A DNA stretch of 19,264 nt from Octopus sinensis (taxonomy: Eukaryota). Numbering within the stretch: position 1 is the stretch's first letter; each line of letters starts with the position of its first letter. The notes below the pieces were generated by a model. That model saw nothing but the letters and a program-made list of their open reading frames with translations, was not told the DNA's origin and did not search any database. Made by a program: the position numbers and the translations under genes. Below are positions 9,969-19,264 of the stretch, one piece after another. The stretch covers positions 1-19,264 of the forward strand of contig NW_021824343.1 in the NCBI RefSeq assembly GCF_006345805.1. Reading direction: 5' to 3'.

Positions 9969-10572
9969 TGAATGCTTGCCTGTATATGTTTTTTATAAGC
10001 TGTTATTATCGGTGAATGCACCAACAAAACTGATAAACGTTTGGAACAAAATGGCTTCTAATAAAAAATTTAAAAGAATAAAATAAATAAATAAACTAAA
10101 CAAAATAAACAAAATAAAACACACAAACACATACACAAGCACCAAACACACATCTACACATGTGTGCGTAGATAAATAATGATACACGCAAATACATATA
10201 TATACATGACCACAAATATAACAACGAAACCGAGAGTGATGTAGAAAAGAGGAGAAAAAAATAACGCACGGCAAAGATGGAGAGACGTGAAATAATTGTG
10301 TAAAAGGAGATAATCAGAAAATAAATAAATGCAAGAAATACCCTTTTAATACCCGGGGGAGGAAAGAAATGGATAACAAAAGGAAGTTAAAGAAGTTTAA
10401 CGTGACTTGTTATGTATTTATACGGGGAAATGATTTTGGAAAATAGTTGGAGATACCCGTGACGAATTATATACACAGTTATATACCCATGACAAATTAT
10501 ATACACAAGCATTTGTAGGAATTAATCAGAGATAAGACATATATTATGGATGAACAACGACCAAGGATAAGC

Positions 10573-10599
10573 CACACATATACATGTATGTTTATGCAT

Positions 10600-10641
<42 letters not shown>

Positions 10642-10907
10642 TGTGTGTGCGTATGTGTACGTAAGACTATATGGATAAGTATGTATGAATGTATACGTGG
10701 GTATATGCGTGCATATATTTATATATATATGTATTCATGTATGTTGGCATACGCATGTAAGTATATGCGTATGTATATACATACATACATACATACATAC
10801 ATATAAATATATATATAAGTGCATATATCTATATCTAAATCTATATCTCTTTCAAGATATATATCTTCACATACATATATGCATGTATATACATATGTAT
10901 ATGTGTA

Positions 10908-10946
<39 letters not shown>

Positions 10947-10948
10947 TA

Positions 10949-10993
<45 letters not shown>

Positions 10994-11240
10994 TATATAT
11001 ACATACATATAATATATATATATATATATATCATACATAATATATATATATATTATAATATTATATATATATATATATACATATATAAATATATATATAT
11101 GTGTGTGTGTATGCAGATATATATATGCGTGCATATACATATATGAATATATATATATGAATATACATATGTTTGTGTGTGTGTGTATGCACATTTATAT
11201 ATATATATGTATGTGCATATACGTATGTATATATACATAT
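10573..11240. repeat. Long degenerate (TA)n/(TACA)n tract
   Basis: Direct reading. Confidence 0.95.
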
Positions 11241-11578
11241 CCACGTGCATAAGCAGACAACGTATGGGAGTATGACAAACTGAACATGTACACACACGAC
11301 ATGTGGTATCCTTGCGGTGGGTGAAGAGACTTGCACAGACAAAACATGGGCCAAGCATTTCTTGTTTTCTCTCCCTCTCACCCCCTCTCTTCCTTTCCCC
11401 CCTTCTCCCTCTCTCTCTCTCTCTCGCTCTTCGCCTCTCTCGTGTTCGTTCCTCTCCGTTGAACATCGCTATCTGGTGATGTGATGATGTGATGATGTGA
11501 TGAAAATAAGATAGCACGGACGTGAGGTAACGCACGGAAAACAAAACAACATAACGGGAAAGAAAAAATAGAGGAAAA

Positions 11579-11601
11579 GTGTGTGTGTGTGTGTGTGTGT
11601 G

Positions 11602-11635
<34 letters not shown>

Positions 11636-11795
11636 GGTGGGGATAGAAAAGAAGAATTTAAAAACAATAGCGAAAACGGAAACAACACACTAACGCGCGC
11701 ACACACACACACTCATGCATATATACATACATACATACATACATAGATACATACATACATACATACATATATATACATACACATATATATATACT

Positions 11796-11868
<73 letters not shown>

Positions 11869-11870
11869 TA
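11579..11870. repeat. (TG)n-(AG)n and (TACA)/(CA)/(TA) microsatellites
   Basis: Direct reading. Confidence 0.9.
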
Positions 11871-12358
11871 TGCACTGGTATTGAGTCCTGTAATTCATCG
11901 CTTCCATTGAATAAGCATCAATTTATACACACACATATATTGGCAAAAATGAGTGAATAGGAAATGACCCAGAGTGACCAATGGTGTACATGTGAACGAA
12001 ATAGACCTATACAGGTGTGTGAAATACAATACAATGTGAATTCTGATTTATTGAAGTTATATTCGAACCTCTATAGGATGAGTCAAAGTTACCAAAATGG
12101 CATTTGAGCCCGGATCCAGATTAAAAGAGGAGATAATGTCAAGAATCAAGTTGTTATGGCGTTAGAGGAAAGGACAGGTTTAACGTGTGGAGATATGAGC
12201 TCAGTCGTAGATGCACGTTCCTGCCTCAATGGGCATAATCCTCAGGAGAACGATCGTCAAGGGACATAGACAAAAAACGCATATATATATATATGCATGC
12301 ATACATACATACATACATACAACCTACATACATACATACATACATACATACAATTACA

Positions 12359-12404
<46 letters not shown>

Positions 12405-12405
12405 A

Positions 12406-12812
12406 TACACAAAAAGTATATCCGAGGTAGAGTAGTAAAATTGTTTTATGCTACTTCATTTTATTAAACACTAATTATTACATCAGTTTTAAAATGTCGA
12501 GAAATCTTCAGCCACTTATAGAATTTCCCAATCAAACCGACATACTTATCTCTATTTCATTTGCCAACATTATAAAGAGGGTAGATATATAGACAGAGAG
12601 GTTGATTTCATTCTTAAGAACGTGATAGTTGTAAATTCACTAGTGTTTAATAAAATGAAGTAGCATGAAACAATTGTACTACTCTACCTCAGTTATCCTT
12701 GTTGCTTATATTGATTATAATCACCCCATTTGATTTATATGGATAATACCATACAAAATTCTGGTGCATTTAACTTAAGTACCATATTCATCTGAATCTA
12801 AATTTTGCTGAT

Positions 12813-12813
<1 letters not shown>
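12406..12813. mobile_element. Non-autonomous element in (TA)n with a 50-bp inverted repeat
   Basis: 12424-12473 is the reverse complement of 12641-12690 (48/50); (TA)n on both flanks. Confidence 0.7.
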
Positions 12814-12849
<36 letters not shown>

Positions 12850-12935
12850 AGATATATATATATATATAGTATATATATTGTTATATTTCGGAATGGTCAT
12901 ATTGCCAGTTTAGCAAATATTTAAACGTACTATAT

Positions 12936-12996
<61 letters not shown>

Positions 12997-13309
12997 GTAG
13001 TATGTATATATATATGGTATACACACACACACACACACACCCACAACACACACACACACAGCAAACACACACACACACATATATATATTATATATCTATA
13101 TATATATATATAAATGTAGAAAGCGACATGCGGGATGGAAAGTCGCTGAAGTGGTCACAGATGAATGACGAAAGATTTCCGGACAATGGACATAAGATAA
13201 GATAAGGACAATAATAAACGTGTGTTAATTTGTCAAGAAATAACAATGGCCATCCCAAAATATTTTCACATCAGGTTTCTTTCAAAATAAATTCATAAAT
13301 GTATATATA

Positions 13310-13346
<37 letters not shown>

Positions 13347-13349
<3 letters not shown>

Positions 13350-13790
13350 GGTCACCACTGAAAAACTGAAGGATTTGAAGAAGTCGTAACATGATCGTTA
13401 TCTGTCTTTCTTATTTTTTTTCTCTTTTTTTTCATGTTATAGAACTTCCCTTGGAGATTAAAATGGCTTAAAGATGTCGTTGAGTTTTTTCTATTTCAGT
13501 GAAAGATCAATTATTCAAACTCAGAGAAAATACCGGCAACATTTTACTGTTAGAGTATCTCCTAGCGATAACATGATTCGGGACCTAATCGCCCGGTTTG
13601 AAAAAAAAAACTGGATCAGTCAGCGATCTTCCAGGAAGAGGCCCTAAGCGAACTGTGCGCACTGACGCAGAGGTGGGAGCTGCTCAGCAGAGTGACCTCA
13701 AGAGGATCCATCTGCCTCTACCCGTCGTCGCTCTGCTCAGCTAAGCATCGCCAGAACATCGCTTCAGATTTGCAAACAGAATTTTTAAAG
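13347..13790 (+). mobile_element. 5' fragment of a second Tc1/mariner element (DUF4817-type HTH)
   Basis: Starts CAGGGT after (TA)n; encodes SERSIIQTQRKYRQHFTVRVSPSDNMIRDLIARFEK..TGSVSDLPGRGPKRTVRT..EDPSASTRRRSAQLSIARTSLQ with frameshifts. Confidence 0.88.
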
Positions 13791-13877
13791 GTTTCTATTC
13801 AAATAAAATCGAAAGGAAAACAAAACGTTTCTAAAAGTTATTTTTGTTTTACATCATTCAGTCTTTCATTGACCACT

Positions 13878-13915
13878 TTGTGCGTGTGTGTGTGTGTGTG
13901 TCTCTGTGTGTGGTG

Positions 13916-13952
<37 letters not shown>

Positions 13953-14470
13953 TGTGTGTCTGTGTGTGTGTGTGTGTGTGTGTGAATAGATTAAACAACA
14001 GACAATTCCTATACACATATATGTACGTCCATATACTGCCATGCATATGCATCATACAAACACACTCTCACACGTACAGATACACACACACAACCCTTCG
14101 TGCACACGCAGACTACATACGCGCATATACTACCTAATACATACATAGACTCATACACACGCACACACATAAAGACATAGATAACCCTTCGTGCACACGT
14201 AGTCTACATACAAACGTATATATATGTGTGTATATATATATATATACATACATATATATATATTGAACATATATATATGAATATATATAATTACACACAC
14301 ATATACAAACACACATATGCACACAAACACATACATATTACACACACTGCACATACACACACGTACATGGAGAGAGAGAGAGAGAGAGAGTGAGAGACAA
14401 TCATGCGTTCGTGTACATACGCACAACATACGCACAGTACACACATACAAATACAAACACACACAACACC
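13878..14470. repeat. (TG)n then degenerate (CA)/(TA)/(GA) tracts
   Basis: Direct reading. Confidence 0.9.
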
Positions 14471-14837
14471 TCACGTACAGGCAGACATTTACAACGACAG
14501 CCATTACGAAATAGCAACAAGAAAACATAAATAAATATATTAGTACTTCAACAACAAAACCAACAACAAAACTCGCTGACAAATTCGATCTTTTCCGCTC
14601 GATTGCCTCAACTGTTCACGATAAATAAAAACCGGAAATTTCTGTTGAATTTTGATAGATTTTGTTGTATTATTGAGAGAGAAAGTCTTAATAGAGAAGA
14701 GAATCTCGTAGGGAAAGTTTTGATACGGACGGACAAGAAGAAAGCTCTTCTTCGTCCGGAGGGAGATTTTTCTTTCGTTTTTTTTCTTCTTTTTCATCGA
14801 TTGACCAAAATGTCTGTGTGTGTTTTTAGTGAACTTC

Positions 14838-15010
14838 CGTGCGCGCGCGCGCGCGCGCGTGCGTGTGTGTGTGTGTGTGGTGTGTGTGTGTGTGTGGTGT
14901 GCGTGTATCCATGTATTGAGCGTGAGAGGAATTTATATATGCTTCAATATATATAATATGTATGTATGTATATGTGTGTGTGTGTGTGTATTTATGTCTC
15001 TCTCTGTCTG

Positions 15011-15045
<35 letters not shown>

Positions 15046-15091
15046 GTGTGTGTGTGTGGTGTGTGTGTGTGTATGCAGGTATATGTATATA

Positions 15092-15146
<55 letters not shown>

Positions 15147-15184
15147 TACATATATGCACACATACACACACACCCACACACATA
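14838..15184. repeat. (GC)9-(TG)n-(TC)n-(TA)n-(CA)n compound microsatellite
   Basis: Direct reading. Confidence 0.95.
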
Positions 15185-15186
15185 TT

Positions 15187-15476
15187 AGAGGTTGAACAAA
15201 ATAATGAAAACACCTTAAAATTTCAAACAAATTTATTTTGATACGGGGTAGGACTGCCTTTGGCAGTAATTACACCTTCAATTCTATGAGGTATGGACTC
15301 ATACAAATTTCTTATTGTTTCCAAAGGAATTTTTGTCCATTCTCCAGTTCTTGTAGTGATGATGGTGGAGGATATCGACTCCTTATTTGTTTTTCTAAAA
15401 TGCACCATAAATGTTCAATAATATTGATATCTGGGGATTGCTGTGGCCAGATAAGGTGTTCATCTTCAATAGAATG
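15187..15476 (-). mobile_element. 3' fragment of a Tc1-family (DD34E-type) transposon with TIR remnant
   Basis: EHLIWPQQSPDINIIEHLWCILEKQIRSRYPPPSSLQEL, frameshift, EWTKIPLETIRNLYESIPHRIEGVITAKGSPTPY; AATAAA on the minus strand; TIR-like agaggttgaacaaaataatgaaaacacc at 15187. Confidence 0.9.
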
Positions 15477-15529
15477 TCCCTTTTGGACGATCGTTAGATG
15501 TCGAGTAAGCATGGGTGCATGTGTGTGTA

Positions 15530-16060
15530 TGTGTATGGTTTCTATTTATGCACGTTTATACGTATTTGTGCATATAGAGGTATGTGTGTGTATCTGTTTT
15601 CTGTTTAAGCTTGTACGTACGTATCTGTGTATACATAAGTATGTGTAAGGCGGCAGGCTGGCAGAAACGTTAGCGCGCCGGTTGAAATGCTCAGCGGTAT
15701 TTCGCCTGCCGTTATGTTCTTAGTTCAAATTCCGCCGAGGTCGACTTTGCCTTTCATCCTTTCGGGGTCGATAAATAAAGTACCAGTTTCGCGCTGGGGT
15801 CGATGTACTCGACTTACTCCCTTTGTCTGTCCTTGTTTGTCCCCTCTATGTTCAGCCCCTTGTGGGTAGTAAAGAAATATATACATAAGTGTGTGTGTGT
15901 GTGTGTGTGTGAGTGTATATCTGCTTTCTATCTAAGCTTGTGCGCACGTATCTGTGTATACATAGGTGTGTGTATGCGTATTTGTGTTTGAGTGTGTATC
16001 TATTTTCTATTTAAGCTTGTGCGCGCGTATCTTTGCATTTATAGGTGTGTGTGTGTAAGT
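15530..16060. repeat. Degenerate ~60-80 bp minisatellite (about 4 units) interrupted by a SINE
   Basis: Unit core tatctgttttctatttaagcttgtgcgcacgtatctgtgtatacatagg; AAGCTT at 15607, 15934 and 16013. Confidence 0.8.
15649..15879 (+). mobile_element. Well-preserved tRNA-type SINE with target-site duplication
   Basis: A-box-like TGGCAGAAACG, B-box-like GTTCAAATTCC; TSD tatacataagt(a/g)tgtgt at 15630-15646 and 15880-15896. Confidence 0.92.
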
Positions 16061-16348
16061 GTATGTTTAACTATGTGGGTATACGTGTACTAATCAACTG
16101 GAGCATATGTACGTAAAATTCATGTGTATGTATGTATGTGTGAAATTATGCATGCATCGTTGTATTTATCTGTGCGTTTGGATGAATGCGTGTATGCGTG
16201 CGTGCGATTGTACATACTTATATGTTTGTATTTGTGTGTGAGCGTGTATGTGAATGTGCGGGGGTGGGGAGTGAGGTGCTTCGGTGCTTCACGAATGCGT
16301 GTGAAAGTAAGATTGCAAGTCAACAGGTCATGGCAAGAACCGTCGACT

Positions 16349-16525
16349 TAATAATGATAATAATAATAATAAAATATAATAATATATAAAATAATAATAA
16401 TAATATAATGATAATAATGATAATAATAATAATAATAATAATAAAATAATAATAATGATAATAATAATAATAACAACAACGACAACAACAATGATAATAA
16501 TAAAAATAATAATAATACTAATAGA

Positions 16526-16579
<54 letters not shown>

Positions 16580-16623
16580 GAAATAGTAATAATAATAATG
16601 ATCATAATAATAATAATAATAAT
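16349..16623. repeat. (AAT)n tract
   Basis: Direct reading. Confidence 0.97.
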
Positions 16624-17169
16624 CTGATGCAGTACCAGGCAGTGGCTCTCATGGCTTCTGATCTTAACTGATTGGAAGTGCTATCATGTACATTGTTTTG
16701 TCTTGGTATAAAAGATGGGCTACAGCAAATATTCTGCTCAATACCACAGATTTACTTGTCAGTTGTTTGACCTTAAGCAGTTGAGCATGTCCCTTAGTGG
16801 CTGACGATATGTGCATCTCTGATCACGAGCAGAAGTAGTGGGGGAGCATCATAGCCTGTGTTGAGAGGGATTCTTTGGGGTTTGAATAATTCACCTCTGG
16901 AAACATGGTGGTTCTTTCAACATCCTTAAACACCCTTATTCAGAGACCTTTTTGAGCGGGATGGGCTACTCAACCTGAAGAAAATTCTAACTGGCCCCAC
17001 CTGCAAGGTCATGTGCTGTTTATCTTGATATGAGATCACCATGTCGCGCACATATGGTTGTGATGCATGTGCCTGGTGTACCTTTATCAGACGGGTAGTC
17101 TGATGGGTAAATTGGGCTTCGTATTTTTACCCCAGTGTCACTTTGATGGCATGCACTGCTCTCTCACTC
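16624..17169. mobile_element. ~545-bp non-coding interspersed element inserted in (TAA)n
   Basis: Sharp boundaries with (AAT)n on both sides, no ORF in the track, higher GC; matches an abundant Octopus repeat from recollection. Confidence 0.75.
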
Positions 17170-17187
17170 AATAATAATAATTAATAA

Positions 17188-17242
<55 letters not shown>

Positions 17243-17368
17243 GAATAGTAATACTAATAATAATGATAATAATAATAATGATAATAATAATAATGATATA
17301 ATAATAATAATATAATAATAATAATCTAATAATAATAATATAATAATAATAATAAATAATAAATAATA
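17170..17368. repeat. (AAT)n tract
   Basis: Direct reading. Confidence 0.97.
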
Positions 17369-17629
17369 GCCCCGCTACGCATGCAGATTGCAGGAGTTAG
17401 AACAAAACCTGAGATAAAAAGAAAAAGAATGATAATGATAACAATAATGATGACTTCTTACACGGACACGAGACAATATCGATTACATCGGTCACAGTTT
17501 ATGATCACAGGTTCGTGGCTGATGGACATTGGAAGGTCGAAACATTGAGAAATGAAGCACAATGAAGTATTACGAGGAATTCAATCTAACGCCGACCCCA
17601 TGGCGGTGACAATGGTGGAGGACGACGAT

Positions 17630-17957
17630 TATGAGGATGATGTTGTATAATGATGATGATGATGATGGTGGGGATGGGGGTGGTGGTGAGGATGAGGAGT
17701 AGGAGGAAAACGACGATGCTGCCGCTGCTGCTGTTAGTGGTATTGCTGATGCTGTTGCTGCTGCAGCTGCTGCTGCTGATGATAATGATGTTGTTGATGA
17801 TGATGATGATGGGGACGATAATGATGATGGTAATGATGATTCTCATCATGATCATGATGACCACCATCATCATCATCATGAGAGAAGATAGAGTATAATT
17901 TCTATTTAAACACTAGAACAGAGATGATGACGGTAGTGGTGATGATGACGGTAGTGG

Positions 17958-17994
<37 letters not shown>

Positions 17995-17995
17995 A
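17630..17995. repeat. (GAT)/(GCT)/(CAT) trinucleotide block
   Basis: Direct reading. Confidence 0.9.
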
Positions 17996-18473
17996 TAGAG
18001 AAGGTAGGTTATAATTTCTATTTAAATACTAGATCAGAGATATTCGGGATACGCAGACACATTGAGAAGTTTCTATTATGCCACGGGAGAACGATACCAT
18101 CTTTCGACTACTACAATATGTATATTGACTTTGCACAGATATCTGCCGTTGTTTCTATTGTATCCTTCACACTTGTTTTATACAGGTGCTCCTTGTAATA
18201 TGTTAAATCAAAACACACTGGAACGAAACGCCTTTTCAAGTTTTAATGACAGTCTTGGGATTTGATAGTGGCACAAGAGAAGATCTTTTCGCCAGAGAGT
18301 GACAGTGACTTATTTCAACTCAGTTAAATTGGAACTCAGTAAATGGTTAGTAGTCATTTTATCAAAAAAGGTAACCTTACCATGATTTGAACACAGACTA
18401 TAAAAATGCGTCTCCCGTGCGCCATTATGTCGACGAGATCAACAATCACCTGGTGAGTTCCTTGACAATCATT

Positions 18474-18540
18474 ATGGACTTTTCGTGGGACATGGACTTT
18501 TCGTGGGACATGGACTTTTCGTGGGACATGGACTTTTCGT
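18474..18540. repeat. Perfect 18-bp tandem repeat, 3.7 copies (ATGGACTTTTCGTGGGAC)
   Basis: Units start at 18474, 18492, 18510 and 18528 (partial); no mismatches. Confidence 0.97.
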
Positions 18541-18619
18541 ACTTCTGCATTTTCGGTTCAACTTTTTCTTACAAGAAATCCTGTGGCTAAATAGAGATAA
18601 GATCACGACTGCTATGACA

Positions 18620-18940
18620 CTGAGTAGGGAAAGGCTTTTGTTTGATGTTTAAGAATTCCACTAACCATCTGCTCTGCGCTGGGGCAATGTTTTATTAATT
18701 CTGGTGGAAAAAGTGGCAAAGCTAGCAAAACAGGAGAAATTTGATAGGATATTTTGTCTAACGCTTTAAGAATTCAGCCAAGCCACTCCGCTGGGATGTC
18801 ACTTTATTTTACTGAACTCAGAAGAATGAAAATGAAAAAGTTGTCTTCAGCGGGATTTGAAACGAAAAAAATAAGGATTTGGATTTAAATACTGTGAGAT
18901 ATTTTCTCTGATATACTAAGAATTCCGCTAATACGCCGGT
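18620..18940 (-). mobile_element. Cluster of very degenerate SINE 5' ends
   Basis: Three blocks with tttt...TAAGAATTC (GAATTC at 18653, 18770, 18920); the last keeps cgggatttgaa (reverse B box) and aaatac, like 8481-8593. Confidence 0.5.
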
Positions 18941-18993
18941 CGGCCATGGTTATACTCTCCTTCGAAACACATTCCGTTCTCAGTAAAACGGAA

Positions 18994-19105
18994 TTCTAAC
19001 ATAGATACAAGAGAGGTTGGGATGTGGTCAAAGATCTCGAGTCGCTAGTAGGTGACTGGTACTTATTGTGTCGGGCGTGAGAAAAGATAAAAGAAATAAC
19101 ATCCA
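18994..19105 (-). mobile_element. Degenerate SINE 3' half
   Basis: ttctaacatagatacaag...actggtacttattgtgtcg...aaagataaaag resembles the reverse complement of 4960-5070. Confidence 0.55.
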
Positions 19106-19264
19106 ACCGGAAGCTGACAGGTATTAGTTTCCAGCTTGTCCAAAATAGGACAAGCTGAAAGACAGTATGATCGGAATTCATGTCCCTATCGTTTGTTTGT
19201 TATTTGTTTTCAAAACCGTTCGCAAAAAAAAACCCAACAGACATCCGGGTATTATTATTTTTGT

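Noticed and set aside
11468-11515. C/D box snoRNA (terminal stem plus GTGATGA)
   Set aside because: No CTGA D box, too short, and the C-box match is part of a simple repeat.
14690-14776. pre-miRNA
   Set aside because: The contiguous stem is only about 12 bp, with a large asymmetric internal loop.
15649-15740. tRNA gene
   Set aside because: A/B-box-like motifs but no cloverleaf; continues into the SINE body and recurs across the window.
17519-17549. Hammerhead-like CTGATG-GAC..GTC-GAAAC
   Set aside because: A9 is missing, stems I and III do not form, and the region looks like a decayed SINE.
18474-18540. CRISPR-like array
   Set aside because: Contiguous repeats without spacers, in a eukaryotic context.
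18387-18590. MDFSWD x3 as a neuropeptide precursor
   Set aside because: No signal peptide, no dibasic or amidation sites, and no synonymous variation between repeats.

Overview
Non-coding, AT-rich, microsatellite-saturated animal DNA (intron or intergenic). The repeat families resemble those I recall from Octopus (cephalopod) genomes; that assignment is inference. No intact host gene is supported: nearly all ORFs in the track are translations of simple repeats. Recognisable content: a near full-length decayed Tc1/mariner transposon (DUF4817-type HTH, DDxD catalytic domain) at 6351-7678; a second 5' fragment of that type; a Tc1 DD34E-type 3' fragment; R4/Dong-like non-LTR ends in a (TAA)n tract; about seven copies of a tRNA-type SINE of different ages; and several non-autonomous elements in microsatellites. 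The most interesting signals are RNA-structural: a partial HDV-like ribozyme fold (minus strand, 9484-9576), a degenerate minimal hammerhead (7814-7847), and a 50-bp inverted repeat carrying a hammerhead-like half-core (12424-12690). All are candidates only.
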